Shown: piece by piece, positions 45,374 to 54,913 of the stretch
Position numbering within the stretch: position 1 is the stretch's first letter
How the letters are laid out: each line of letters opens with the position of its first letter
IMG/VR virus record: IMGVR_UViG_3300046741_000008
Span: 1 to 56,043 of that record
Strand: one strand, 5' to 3'
Length of the DNA stretch: 56,043 nucleotides
DNA from: a virus
Taxonomy: Duplodnaviria > Caudoviricetes
Translations under genes and position numbers: made by a program
Notes under the pieces: model-generated
Told to the model about the DNA's origin: nothing
The model's input: the letters and a program-made list of their open reading frames with translations, nothing else
The model's database searches: none

Positions 45374-45883
45374 CTAATCTCCAACTTGCTCGATGAATGA
45401 GAAGAACCAGCCTTGGTGGCTTCTCTGGTGCCCGTTGCAGGCGAGGGAGATTGATCGCGGCTTGAAGCCATGATCCAGCCCGGCACTCATTGACGGCAGC
45501 ACTTTGCGTTCGCCGGTTGCCATGTTCACAGCAAGGATAGAACGCGAAGCCGGCGGCAGCTCGCGGTGAACTTGTAGGTGGTGCGGTCGACACAGCCAAG
45601 TAACCAGCAACGGCGACGAATAGGCTGGGTGATGCATCTCAGCCTCGGCGCCGCACATGAAACACGGCTCACGGACCAGCAGCCCTTTAGCTAGAGCATC
45701 GCGCGCCATTATTCTGGCCTTATCACGAGCCTGATCTACTGGTGGCCGGCGCTTGTAGCCGTTCTCGGCCCGGCGTTTTGTGGCGCATGTCTTGCACTGA
45801 TGGTGCAGCCCATCTTTCTTGCTGAAGTCACGGTAAAACATGCCACCAGGAAATGATTGCTTGCAGGAAGAACAGATTTTCAT
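45374..45883 (-). CDS. HNH-like zinc-binding endonuclease with a NUMOD-like tail
   Basis: CSSC...FY...DG...CKTC; PCFMCG...HH..YS.PL.V.WLC..HH; C-terminal SISLACNG...HQG; lower GC. Confidence 0.7.
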   Translation of the reverse strand: MKICSSCKQSFPGGMFYRDFSKKDGLHHQCKTCATKRRAENGYKRRPPVDQARDKARIMARDALAKGLLVREPCFMCGAEAEMHHPAYSSPLLVTWLCRPHHLQVHRELPPASRSILAVNMATGERKVLPSMSAGLDHGFKPRSISLACNGHQRSHQGWFFSFIEQVGD

Positions 45884-46173
45884 TGGCCACCCTCGCCGCT
45901 GCCGCGCTGCTGGGCGATGGCTGCGCGACCGGAGTCTGTGATTCGAACGAAGGTGTCCTTTTCGATGGTGATGAACCCCCTCGACTCAAGGTTTTGCAGC
46001 CATCTCGTAGCCGCGCCTTCGGAGAGGAATCCCCAGGAGTAGGCGAAATCGTTCCCGACGTAGTGCGGCAGGCTTCGCTTTTCCTCCATCACCTCGATAA
46101 TCGTGACAGGCCTGTTCGCTACCTCGACCAATTCAAGGAAACGTTGTTGCTTGGCGCTCACGCGGTCACTCAC
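45880..46173 (-). CDS. Winged-helix DNA-binding protein
   Basis: SAKQQRFLE...ATRWLQNLESRGFI...ITDSGRA. Confidence 0.6.
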   Translation of the reverse strand: MSDRVSAKQQRFLELVEVANRPVTIIEVMEEKRSLPHYVGNDFAYSWGFLSEGAATRWLQNLESRGFITIEKDTFVRITDSGRAAIAQQRGSGEGGQ

Positions 46174-47192
46174 GTCTTCTGCTCCTTCGCCTGCTCGGTG
46201 GTGCCAGCCGTTGGCAGCCGCTGGTCCCATGTTTCCGGCGGCAGCTCGCCAACAGCCATCCAGGCGATCACGTCGCTTTCGAAGTTGTCGCGCCAGCCGT
46301 ATCCCGTCTCCATCGTTGGACCGCCCATGCCGGTCGGGTCTTCACTCTGCATCTCCCAGCGGTCGGTGGCGATGAAGGGTGGCCGGTCGAGCGAGTAGCG
46401 CAGGTAGACCACGCAGTCGGTGTCTGGTGCTGGCGCGCGCTCGTGCATCGGTATCCACTGGCTCGCCACCGGCACCGCTTGCTCAGCCTTCGCCATCTCG
46501 GCCGGACGCAGCGCAAGCACCGCGCTGGCCACCTGGAGCACGAACTTCTCCTGGATGTCCTCGCGCCAACGTGGGAACAGCTTCGTCACCGCGTCGAGTA
46601 TTGCGGCCTTGCTCGGTGTCGTCGGCTCAGCCGTCAGCCGAGCCCAGTCAATCGGGCAGTCGTCGCAGCGCTTGGTGCATGGGGCGCAACGGTCGCCAGT
46701 GGTTTCGGTCTTCGCCATCTCCCAGAGGGCATTGGCCTGATCCATGCCTTGCTGGCGGCCGGCTTCGTGGAAGTGTTGCGCAGACAGCAAGGCAACCTCC
46801 TTTGTGAATAGTCCGTCCGGCCGTTCCGCATACCACGCCTCAAACTGCTCTCGCACATCCCCTTGCGCCGCTGCTGGAGCGGCTGCCAGGGCGGCGCGGT
46901 TGGCAGTCCAACCTCCGTTGAACGCCCCCGCAACGTCCGGCACGATGGCGCAGTCATCGCAGTCTTTCAGGTATGCCGCGAACGCTTTGCTGCCAAACGG
47001 GTCGGCCCCCCCCGTCCCGCCGGCCTGCGCTTCGGTGTGCTGGCGTTTGGCCTTTAGGTACTCGGCAAGGGCTTCAAAGGCCGCGGTCCAAAGATGTGGC
47101 TTCTCACGCAACGGAAGGCGCTGGTTGTAGGCGTCGGTCAGATCGGTCAGCGCCTCGACCAGCTTGGCGGTGATGTCGTCAGCCATGGTCAA
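46170..47192 (-). CDS. Mosaic early protein with a C-terminal DUF551-like domain
   Basis: WIPMHERAP...DVIAWMAV. Confidence 0.65.
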   Translation of the reverse strand: MTMADDITAKLVEALTDLTDAYNQRLPLREKPHLWTAAFEALAEYLKAKRQHTEAQAGGTGGADPFGSKAFAAYLKDCDDCAIVPDVAGAFNGGWTANRAALAAAPAAAQGDVREQFEAWYAERPDGLFTKEVALLSAQHFHEAGRQQGMDQANALWEMAKTETTGDRCAPCTKRCDDCPIDWARLTAEPTTPSKAAILDAVTKLFPRWREDIQEKFVLQVASAVLALRPAEMAKAEQAVPVASQWIPMHERAPAPDTDCVVYLRYSLDRPPFIATDRWEMQSEDPTGMGGPTMETGYGWRDNFESDVIAWMAVGELPPETWDQRLPTAGTTEQAKEQKT

Positions 47193-47413
47193 TCCTCCAA
47201 CTCTTGCGCGACCAGCATCGCAGCGAACTCACCCTTGCAGAATTCAGCGTGCTCGACCGGCTGTCTTTCCTTGTCGAACGGACAGGCCTTGAGCCAAGCG
47301 CCTGCTCCGGGCCATTCGCCGTACATGTAGCAGGCATAGCCCTTCATCTCGGACGAAAGCGCGTTGTATTCAGCCTCAGTCATGAGGTGGGTGCCTGCGG
47401 TGGTGTCAGCCAT
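47189..47413 (-). CDS. Hypothetical protein
   Basis: GGAGG RBS; overlaps its neighbours. Confidence 0.6.
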   Translation of the reverse strand: MADTTAGTHLMTEAEYNALSSEMKGYACYMYGEWPGAGAWLKACPFDKERQPVEHAEFCKGEFAAMLVAQELED

Positions 47414-48542
47414 TGGCGCCTCCCGTCTTGGGAGCGGCGGCGAGAAGAGATTGAATGGCGTCGATTGCAGCCAGCCGTCGACCAACGTCGCCAGGCTTGA
47501 ACCACATGCTGCCAGCGTCTTCCAAGGCCACGAGGGCTTGCCGCAACGCCGTCATCATCGTGCCTTCCGCAGGCTCCACCGGCACCAGCACAGGCCCCAC
47601 TGGCGCGGCCGGCTGGGTGGACACGGGGTTCTCAGCGCCGCACCCGAACTCGACCTTGACGCCGAGGTGCTTGGCGAGACTGTTGACCCACGTCTGCACC
47701 TCTTCGGCGTACCAGCCGCCGAAGCCTGACGCCTTTTCGTAGGCGTTCACCGCGCCCATTAGGCCTCGCATGCACCGCAAGGCCTTGTCGTTTGGCGCCT
47801 CCCCTTGCTCCGCCGATGGCGCGGCAGGCGGTGCTTGTGGGGGCTGGGCGGCGAGCGCCTCTTCATGCCGACGAACAGCATCGCCACGCTTCCACCATTG
47901 TTCGAGCCAGTGACCGGCAGGCGCGGGCGCGACGCCCTGGTAGCCCGATGTCAATGCCCCGTCGATCGTGCTGGTGAAAAGCTCTTGCAGACGCGGGTCA
48001 TCAAGGGCCTTGGCGGCCTGAACCGCGAGTGCTGATTTGGCCTTGAGCAACAGCGCACGGCCGGCGTCGGAGAACTGTAGCCGGTCCTGCAACTTGTGGC
48101 CCTTCACATCCATGTTCAGGATCGCCTGCAGCGCTTCCTGGGCTTCCGCCTCCCCCGCCCGAGTGGCGGCCGGCGCATGGTCTCGGCGTTCAGCTTCGTG
48201 GCTGGCCTTGATGGCACCCTTCGCCGTCAGGTGGACGTGAACTGCGGCGCCTTGCTGGTCTTCCAGCAGCATCCACCAGTGGCCGCTGTCCATCTGTTCG
48301 ATGTGGAAGCGGCCGGCGCCAACGATCTCGTCCAGCGCGCCGGAGTCGTTGAGTCGCACTTCCAGCGTCTCCCCACCCTGCTGGCGCTCGGATGCTGAGG
48401 TGCCAAGAGCCTCGGTAACGGCAGTCAGCGCCTCGTGGAAGTCATCGCCATCAAAGCACACATGGCCCTTGTGGGCGTTGTGCATGCAGTTCTCAAGTTC
48501 GCGCTTCGCAAGGTTCAGCGCCGTCTCGGTCTTCAGGTCCAT
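47406..48542 (-). CDS. Mosaic early protein
   Basis: 378-aa ORF with low-complexity Ala/Pro linkers; conserved leader motif. Confidence 0.7.
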   Translation of the reverse strand: MDLKTETALNLAKRELENCMHNAHKGHVCFDGDDFHEALTAVTEALGTSASERQQGGETLEVRLNDSGALDEIVGAGRFHIEQMDSGHWWMLLEDQQGAAVHVHLTAKGAIKASHEAERRDHAPAATRAGEAEAQEALQAILNMDVKGHKLQDRLQFSDAGRALLLKAKSALAVQAAKALDDPRLQELFTSTIDGALTSGYQGVAPAPAGHWLEQWWKRGDAVRRHEEALAAQPPQAPPAAPSAEQGEAPNDKALRCMRGLMGAVNAYEKASGFGGWYAEEVQTWVNSLAKHLGVKVEFGCGAENPVSTQPAAPVGPVLVPVEPAEGTMMTALRQALVALEDAGSMWFKPGDVGRRLAAIDAIQSLLAAAPKTGGANG

Positions 48543-48590
48543 GGTTGGGCTCTCTCGTGTTGCTGGCCTCTTCGTGCCTCGGGTTGGTGA

Positions 48591-49154
48591 TCAGTCCCAA
48601 TAGGCGGCAACGGAGCGCCATTCGGGCTTGTTGGCGTCGAGCCATTCGGTGGCCTTGGCGCCAAGCTCCGACTCCAAGTCAAAGTTCTTGCGGTGCCATT
48701 CGCCAAACTCAGCGACGACTTGGTCGCCGTCCTTGACGACAGCGCGGTAATGGTCCGGCTGCGTTCCTTCCTCGAAGGTAGACGGGTTGAAGCGTCGATT
48801 CATGCGCATGTCGGCGCGGCGATCGTAGAACGCGGCCTTGTAGAAGATGCCGGCGCGCACGCGGCCTTTGTCGTCGACCAGGTCGGAATGCATGCTGTGG
48901 TTAGAGGCGCGCTTGCTCCAGCCGGCCGGCAGCTTGCAGGCGACGAAGAGTTCATCGACATCGGCGCCGAACTCGAAGCCCAGTGCGGTGAGTTGCTCGC
49001 GCGTTGCGCCGATGATTTCCTTCGGGATCTGCTCGCTGGCAACCAGTTGGCGCTGGCCTTGCGCTTCCTGGGCCTCAATGCCACCCGGTGTGCTGGCGGT
49101 CACGAAGTTGTCGATGTCGCCCTTTACGAGGGCCGAGAGTGCTGCGGGGTTCAT
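48591..49154 (-). CDS. Conserved phage hypothetical protein
   Basis: GGIEAQEAQGQ...LPAGWSKR..HSMHS.LVD.KGR.RA.IFYKAAFYDRRA. Confidence 0.8.
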   Translation of the reverse strand: MNPAALSALVKGDIDNFVTASTPGGIEAQEAQGQRQLVASEQIPKEIIGATREQLTALGFEFGADVDELFVACKLPAGWSKRASNHSMHSDLVDDKGRVRAGIFYKAAFYDRRADMRMNRRFNPSTFEEGTQPDHYRAVVKDGDQVVAEFGEWHRKNFDLESELGAKATEWLDANKPEWRSVAAYWD

Positions 49155-49239
49155 GGTGTGCGTTCCTTTTGGTGTTTAGCCGGTTACGCTTCCGGCGCCA
49201 CTCAAGGTGGCCGACCTCTCCACAACCGCCTGAGGCGGA

Positions 49240-49872
49240 TCAGCGCTTGCCGTCGAGGGTGACGACCTTGCCCTTGGCGGACTTCACAAACGCCGTGGTG
49301 GCGTCTTCCGGGGGCACGGCGGGGGCTTTGTTGGGGTCTGTGCCGGCTGTGCCCGGGATCTGCTGTTGGCTCTCGTCGACAACCGGCAACAGCAGCAGCA
49401 TCTCGATCTCGGTGGCCTTGAGCCCGGTCAGCTTGCCGCGGATGTCGTCGGAAAGGGCCGGCGCGTCGATCTTCCACTGCGTCTTTACGCTGCCGGCCTG
49501 CTGGGGCATGAGGACCACACCATGCATGCGGCAGTCATCGAGCGTCAGGTTGCGCTTGCCGCCGAGGCCGCGGTCGACTTCGATTTCGATTCCCGTCTGC
49601 TCGTAGGCCCACGGGATGCGCTTCACGTGCTCGCCGATGGAGGTCAGCTCCGACCCTTCCAGGCCGTCCAGGGCGCTCTGGGCGCTACCGCCGGCCCTGC
49701 GGTACAGCATGCCGGGCAAGAAGCCGTCGAACATCGTCAGCGAGTCCACAGGCAGCGTGGCCTGAAGCAGCAGCTGTGCGCCGGGCGGCTCATCCGGCTT
49801 GCGGTCTTTCGCGGCCAGGGTTCTCACGTCGAGGACGCGGACCTTGGTTTTATTGGGCAGTTCGAATGGCAC
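49240..49872 (-). CDS. Conserved phage hypothetical protein
   Basis: GTG start with AAAGGAG RBS. Confidence 0.65.
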   Translation of the reverse strand: MPFELPNKTKVRVLDVRTLAAKDRKPDEPPGAQLLLQATLPVDSLTMFDGFLPGMLYRRAGGSAQSALDGLEGSELTSIGEHVKRIPWAYEQTGIEIEVDRGLGGKRNLTLDDCRMHGVVLMPQQAGSVKTQWKIDAPALSDDIRGKLTGLKATEIEMLLLLPVVDESQQQIPGTAGTDPNKAPAVPPEDATTAFVKSAKGKVVTLDGKR

Positions 49873-50034
49873 TTCATGGCTCCTTTGGGTTGTCGACGCC
49901 TTCAGGCGCCAGGGTGGGAAGAAAGAGGCCGGCAGGGCGTGATGCCTGCGTCCGTGCGGCAAACCCTGGCCGGAGCGGCCCAGGGCTGGGAGGGTGATGA
50001 GAGAGCAGCCGCACGGTTCGCGACCTGAAACTGT

Positions 50035-50250
50035 TCAGCCGCCGAGCGGCAACTGGTCGGGCTGGGCGTTGATGTCTTCCGGCAGGATCCCGGCCTTGGC
50101 GCACTCGATCAGCTCGTCCTGCGTGGGGATGCTGACCTTGATGAGGCTGCGCGAGACGAAGCTCACGACTGGCCCGGGGTGGCTGGCGCGGACGAGACGC
50201 TTCTTGTCGCCGACGCGTGCAAGGTAAATTCTTGTCGTGGTGGTGGTCAT
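50035..50250 (-). CDS. Small hypothetical protein
   Basis: TRIY...KRLVRA motif; AC-rich leader. Confidence 0.7.
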   Translation of the reverse strand: MTTTTTRIYLARVGDKKRLVRASHPGPVVSFVSRSLIKVSIPTQDELIECAKAGILPEDINAQPDQLPLGG

Positions 50251-50270
50251 GGTGCTCTTTCGGTTGGTGG

Positions 50271-50747
50271 TCAGGTGGGGTCGACCGGGGCATCGCGGCC
50301 CAGGCTGGTGACACTCCATTGCACGCCGCGAGCATCGCCAACGGAATGAATGAAGCTGATGAATGCTCCGTAGAGCCGTTTCGTGAAGCGCTTGGACTCG
50401 ACCGGCGTCAGCACGTAGCCATCGCCGTCGACGAGCGGGACCTGCGTCGGCGCCCGGCCGCGCCAGTCGTTGACGAAGTCGGGGTCGTTTCCGGTCGCCA
50501 GCCAGAAGCTGTATTTGAGCGATTCCTTCCATTCGGCCGCCGTGGCTTGCCTGCCGCCTAGCAGTGCATCACGCGACAGATCGCGGTAGCAGCTGTGACA
50601 CAGGCGCTCTTGCTCGCGCGTCTTGCCGTCGCTGCACTCGCAGTGCATCCGGCTGCCTTCTTCGAGCAGCTGGCGCAGCTTCTTCCAGTAGGCGCGCCAG
50701 GTGATGATGCCGCTGATCGCGTCGCGGAGTTCGAAGCGGAAGATCAT
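50271..50747 (-). CDS. NinB-like protein
   Basis: KTREQERLCH..DLSR...EWK...SKRFTK..Y..FI..I...G..RGVQWS. Confidence 0.65.
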   Translation of the reverse strand: MIFRFELRDAISGIITWRAYWKKLRQLLEEGSRMHCECSDGKTREQERLCHSCYRDLSRDALLGGRQATAAEWKESLKYSFWLATGNDPDFVNDWRGRAPTQVPLVDGDGYVLTPVESKRFTKRLYGAFISFIHSVGDARGVQWSVTSLGRDAPVDPT

Positions 50748-51133
50748 GCCGGCCTCACCAGCCCACGCCTGGCCAGCGCGCGGAGCGTCATCAGGATGGC
50801 CACGTCCAGCGCTTCGCGGCGCTCCTGGCGGGTCATGCCTGCGCCCTGGTCGATCTCCGCGTGGCAGGGCTGGCAAAGGGCCGCGGTGAGGCTGTCATCG
50901 GTCTTGGTGCCCATGCCCTTGCCTTCGTTGCGGTGGGCCGCCTGGCTCTGGCCTTCGATGAAGCAGCGCATGCATGGCAGCGACCGAACCGCCTTCAGCC
51001 ACGCCTCGGAGCGGAACGGCGCATCCTTCACAATCGGCGCCGCGGTGTCGCTGATCACCGCCTCGCGCACGCGCCGGCCCAGGGGCTTCGGCAATGCGGC
51101 CGGCTTGCGCTCGTAGGGTTTGCGCTTGATCAC
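50744..51133 (-). CDS. DUF968-like His-Cys nuclease-domain protein
   Basis: RSEAWLKAVRSLPC..C...QAAH...KGMGTKTDD....LC..CH. Confidence 0.75.
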   Translation of the reverse strand: MIKRKPYERKPAALPKPLGRRVREAVISDTAAPIVKDAPFRSEAWLKAVRSLPCMRCFIEGQSQAAHRNEGKGMGTKTDDSLTAALCQPCHAEIDQGAGMTRQERREALDVAILMTLRALARRGLVRPA

Positions 51134-51630
51134 GCGTCGCTCCAGTCGATTGCGTGGCCTGTTTTCCAGTGACGCTGCCGCGGTGCGCCGTCCCATGGGT
51201 TCATGCCGAACAGCTCGCAGAGCTTGCGATAGTCGGCGAAGGTCAGGCCCTCTTCGCCATTGGTCTTCACGAAGCGCGGGAGTTGCTCGGCCAACATGTC
51301 TCTGTCGTCGTCGACTATCGCGTATTGCTCGACTTCAGGGTGCGCGTCCAGCCACTGTTTGATTTCGCTGCCGCGCGGCCCCATGGATGATGGCGTGCGA
51401 TCGATGATCGGTAAGCCAAGCCCCGGCCCGTATGTCTCCCAGTCCTTGTCATTGCGCCACGACGATGAGAGGACTACCTGAACACCTTGATCGCACAGGC
51501 GCTGAATAAGCCGTATAGCTGCTTGGTCGAATGCGCCGATGTGATCCATGGTGAATGGGTAGCCACCAAACGCGCAGCACGTCTTCGCACTATTGAGCAC
51601 GCCGTCGATGTCGAGGAACAGCACCTTCAT
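51130..51630 (-). CDS. HAD-family phosphatase (Swiss-Army-Knife RNA-repair-like)
   Basis: VLFLDIDGVLN, VLSSSWR, RGSEIKQWL, YAIVDDD. Confidence 0.85.
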   Translation of the reverse strand: MKVLFLDIDGVLNSAKTCCAFGGYPFTMDHIGAFDQAAIRLIQRLCDQGVQVVLSSSWRNDKDWETYGPGLGLPIIDRTPSSMGPRGSEIKQWLDAHPEVEQYAIVDDDRDMLAEQLPRFVKTNGEEGLTFADYRKLCELFGMNPWDGAPRQRHWKTGHAIDWSDA

Positions 51631-51633
51631 GGC

Positions 51634-52401
51634 TCAGGCCCCCTTCGTCTCTTCCGCGCGCTTGGCGTGCGTGCGGTCGAACTCGGCAACGACCTGGCGG
51701 TAGTAGCGCCGGGCTGCGGCCACCTTGTCGGCGATCAGCGCCTCGGCCGCCGGATCGCGCTGGATAGCCCAGGTGGTGACCCGCAGGTGCTCGGGAATGT
51801 GGTCGACGAAGTGCAGGTCGGTCGGTTCGAAGCCGATCAGGTCGTCGGGGGTGCTGACGAGCACGTAGTCGACGCACCAGGTGGTCGCATCCCACAGCCA
51901 TAGATAGCCGCGCATCTGCCATTCGTAGCCGCTGTCGTAGCAGTCGGCCAGCGCGATCGGCATCGTCTCCATGGAGTAGGGCGCCTTCACGTCGCGCCCG
52001 CGGCTCATCTCGGCGTCGAACACGTCGCACTCGCCGCTGATGAGGCCATTGGTGCGGCGCTCGGTGTTCTTCACCAGCGGGCGGTCGGTGAGCCGGGCCA
52101 GCATCTCGATGCACTGGGCCTCGACGGCGATGCCCTTCAGCACCGGCCGCGTCTGGATCTCCGACGGCGTGTAGCCGTAGATTTCCTCTCGCAGCAGCTC
52201 GCGCACGTGGGTCTTGCCGCCGGCGGACAGGCTGTTGCGCCGGGCATGGTCGAGCAGCGCCTTCTCGGCGTCGGTGCGCTTCGTCTTGGCGATGATGGCC
52301 TGCAGCTCGGGCGTGACGTAGCCTGGGTCCAAGTCGTCATTCAGCGGCGTAGCCATCAGGCGTCCGATCGACGAGCAGCGGATGACGAGATCACCGGGCA
52401 T
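51634..52401 (-). CDS. Lambda-exonuclease/YqaJ-like recombination nuclease
   Basis: IRCSSIGRLM...KG..VE...KN.ER..N..ISGECD...DVK...YEWQMRGYLWLW; next to the ERF gene. Confidence 0.75.
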   Translation of the reverse strand: MPGDLVIRCSSIGRLMATPLNDDLDPGYVTPELQAIIAKTKRTDAEKALLDHARRNSLSAGGKTHVRELLREEIYGYTPSEIQTRPVLKGIAVEAQCIEMLARLTDRPLVKNTERRTNGLISGECDVFDAEMSRGRDVKAPYSMETMPIALADCYDSGYEWQMRGYLWLWDATTWCVDYVLVSTPDDLIGFEPTDLHFVDHIPEHLRVTTWAIQRDPAAEALIADKVAAARRYYRQVVAEFDRTHAKRAEETKGA

Positions 52402-53269
52402 TGCGCGCCTCCTGGCTGTGGTCGATCGGAGCATCGTTGGCCGCGGCCGCGCGCTTGAGGGCTCCGAATTCCTTGTTCATCAGGTTGCGCTGCTTGCCGT
52501 CGAGCGTGGCCCACCAGGCGGTGAGGGCCTTGGTGCCGTCGATCGCCGCCGTTTGGCCGGCCGTCAGCAGGTCGTCGAACTCGCCGCGGTCGGCATCCAG
52601 GTTCCCGCGCGCAGCCTTCGACTCGTCGTCTTCGCCGCTGGTCGAGGTGCCGGTGATCGCCAGCAGAGACTGCCGCTTGAGGTAGCTGGCCGTCGACTGC
52701 ATGTTCTGCACCGGGCTGTTGACGCTCTGGTCGTCGGGCGGCCCTTCGAGCTCCAGCTTCTTCGAGAAGCCCTCGCGATGCTCCAGGAAGCAGGTCACCC
52801 ACACCCAGCCGCAGATGGCGTTCGGGTTCTCCGGCGTCGGCCATTCCTTCGTGCTGAACCGCATGTCGTGGCGGAAGCCGAAACCATGCTTGGCCAGGGC
52901 CGGCGCCAGCATGCGGCACACGGTTTCGAACTCGGCCTGCATGAACGAGCCGCCGCGGCCGCGGTTCACGGCCTTCGTGCGCGGGATGATGATGTTCTCG
53001 CCCTTGAAGGCAGCGAAGTCGCGGGCAAAGGCCAACTCGGCCTGCCGCATGCGCTCGCGCTCCTGGCTTTCGAGGTAGCGCTCCTGCATCGCCATCAGGC
53101 GTTCCAGGCGGTCAAGGTCGCCGTCGCCGCGCTCCATAGCGACGCGCAGCAGGTCGGACGGCGTCACAGCCATGGAATGCTGCTGCTGGACCGCTGGCAG
53201 GGCCGCCTCGGGCTTCGGCTGCAGTTCGAGGATGTCGAGTTGCTCGACGGGTTTGGTCGTGGTGGTCAT
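52391..53269 (-). CDS. ERF-family single-strand annealing protein
   Basis: DLDRLERLMAMQER; P.LAKHGF; VTC.LEH..G; VQ...STASYLKRQ.L.AI.G....EDD. Confidence 0.85.
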   Translation of the reverse strand: MTTTTKPVEQLDILELQPKPEAALPAVQQQHSMAVTPSDLLRVAMERGDGDLDRLERLMAMQERYLESQERERMRQAELAFARDFAAFKGENIIIPRTKAVNRGRGGSFMQAEFETVCRMLAPALAKHGFGFRHDMRFSTKEWPTPENPNAICGWVWVTCFLEHREGFSKKLELEGPPDDQSVNSPVQNMQSTASYLKRQSLLAITGTSTSGEDDESKAARGNLDADRGEFDDLLTAGQTAAIDGTKALTAWWATLDGKQRNLMNKEFGALKRAAAANDAPIDHSQEARNAR

Positions 53270-53413
53270 TTCGCTCTCTCTCGTGTTGCTCGGTGTTGTT
53301 GTTGCCTCTCCCCGGATTTCCTTGAGAGGCTCCCCGCAGAGTTGAGGGGCTCGGGCGGCTGTTGCGAAAGGCCTAAAGCCTGAAGAAACAGCCATGTTTG
53401 TGAGTCTGCCGTG

Positions 53414-53602
53414 TCAAGGCCTGCGATAGTGGGTTGACCTCTCTAATTCGCGCTCGATGACATCGCAAGTCATTGTCAGACCAAGCTTTTTGCTGATGCG
53501 CAACGCCTGTTCACGGAATGATGGTGTGCGCTGTGTGGTCATCGCGTGTTCAAGCACCTTCGCCATGAAGGCGCGGAACCGCGGGTCGTTGCTTGTGCGC
53601 AT
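53414..53602 (-). CDS. Small hypothetical protein
   Basis: 62-aa ORF in the operon. Confidence 0.45.
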   Translation of the reverse strand: MRTSNDPRFRAFMAKVLEHAMTTQRTPSFREQALRISKKLGLTMTCDVIERELERSTHYRRP

Positions 53603-53619
53603 GCCGTCGTGGCGGGTGG

Positions 53620-53841
53620 TCAGCGGTCGAGCAAGACAATGATGCCGGAGACCACCAGGCCGATAGCGACGATGGCCAGGACCACGGCCAAGCCGCCCCA
53701 GAACGGCGCCGTGACCCACCACCACGACCACGTGGCCACTTCGGTGAGGCCGAACAGCTTCAGCAGCACGAAGACGACGCCGAGCAGGCCGATTGCGCTG
53801 ATGCCGCTGCTGCTCGCCGAGCTTGAAGATTTCGATTCCAT
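53620..53841 (-). CDS. Conserved small phage membrane protein
   Basis: LLGVVFVLLKLFG....WSWWWVTAPFW. Confidence 0.8.
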   Translation of the reverse strand: MESKSSSSASSSGISAIGLLGVVFVLLKLFGLTEVATWSWWWVTAPFWGGLAVVLAIVAIGLVVSGIIVLLDR

Positions 53842-53865
53842 TGGTGTTCCTTCGTTGGTTGGTGA

Positions 53866-53991
53866 TCAGTCTTCGTCCCACCAGCTGCGGTGGTCGTTGT
53901 GCAGCTTGGCGTCGATGTCGTCAAAGATGTCGCTGACGAACTCGCGGAGCCAGCGCCAGGCTTGCGCGCAAATACCGGCGGCCGTGTCCAT
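53866..53991 (-). CDS. Small hypothetical protein (not in the ORF track)
   Basis: 41 aa; TGATG-coupled to the upstream gene. Confidence 0.45.
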   Translation of the reverse strand: MDTAAGICAQAWRWLREFVSDIFDDIDAKLHNDHRSWWDED

Positions 53992-54380
53992 CAGGCTGGC
54001 TCCGGAGGTGGCGGCAACACTTCCGGCTGCCAATGCGTTGGATCGCAGCGGTCGCCGGTTTCGTTGTTCATCCAGAAGGATTCGGCGTCCACTTGGCCTA
54101 CATAGTGCCCATCACCGTCGCGGTATTCCTTGAACGGGATTTCGATCCAGTAGCCTCGGAAGACTTGGCCATCCTCATGCAGGTAAATCGCCGTTCCATC
54201 TGTCGGCGCTGTATCGATCGGGCGCCACTGCTGAGCCTTCCCGATGATGTCAGCAGCCATTCGCATGGTTTGCCCCGCCAGCGTTTGTTCTCCGACGCCG
54301 GAAATCACCGGATTCCCCATGGCCGTGCGGAGCTGGCTGCACGCCTCGCGGATGTCTTTGTCACGTGCCAGTTCGATCAT
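53991..54380 (-). CDS. DUF551-like protein
   Basis: WRPIDTAPTDGT...PTHWQP. Confidence 0.75.
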   Translation of the reverse strand: MIELARDKDIREACSQLRTAMGNPVISGVGEQTLAGQTMRMAADIIGKAQQWRPIDTAPTDGTAIYLHEDGQVFRGYWIEIPFKEYRDGDGHYVGQVDAESFWMNNETGDRCDPTHWQPEVLPPPPEPA

Positions 54381-54715
54381 TTTCCCCACCCGGCGCTGAA
54401 GCTCGTCAACCACAGCTTGATCCGCAGCCACAGGCTCGGGCCCGGCTGAGCGATCCGGCGCGGCTGCCGCGGCCCACCGTAGGCGTGGGAGCAGTCGCAC
54501 TCGCCCTGATCCGCGCAGGCCGAAGAACAGCCCACGTGCCGGGCCGGCTGGTTGTTCATGGCCCACTCGGCGAGGCTGTCTTGCCAGGCGTGGCGCTCGT
54601 CGAGCACGGCCTTGGAGCAGCTGTTGTGGACCAGCTCCAGCGGCCGGCGCGAGGTGACGCTTAGCAGGATCTCGCGCTCGTCGTCGAGGGCTCCGCGGGG
54701 TGTCAGGCGGGACAT
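54377..54715 (-). CDS. Hypothetical protein
   Basis: RBS; ATGA overlap; Cys cluster. Confidence 0.6.
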   Translation of the reverse strand: MSRLTPRGALDDEREILLSVTSRRPLELVHNSCSKAVLDERHAWQDSLAEWAMNNQPARHVGCSSACADQGECDCSHAYGGPRQPRRIAQPGPSLWLRIKLWLTSFSAGWGK

Positions 54716-54717
54716 GG

Positions 54718-54912
54718 CTACTGCTCCTTTGCGCTGACCGCGCGTTCCAGGGCCGTCAGCATCTCGCCGAACCCGAAGACCCGCCACAGAGTGCGTACCA
54801 TCGAGCTTCGGCGCTTGTAGCCCTCGCCACAGTCGGCCACGATGCGGCCATTGCTGGCCTTCAGGTTCCAGCGCCATTCGCCGGCCTTGTCCTTGTAGAG
54901 GGTGAACTTCAT
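54718..54912 (-). CDS. YegP/DUF1508-family protein
   Basis: KFTLYKDKAGEWRWNLKASNGRIVADCGEGY. Confidence 0.85.
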   Translation of the reverse strand: MKFTLYKDKAGEWRWNLKASNGRIVADCGEGYKRRSSMVRTLWRVFGFGEMLTALERAVSAKEQ

Positions 54913-54913
54913 G

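Noticed and set aside
53357-53393. Hammerhead ribozyme (contains CGAAA and CTGAAGA)
   Set aside because: Only one hairpin lies between the two core motifs, so stems I and III and the cleavage triplet cannot all form; it is also antisense to local transcription
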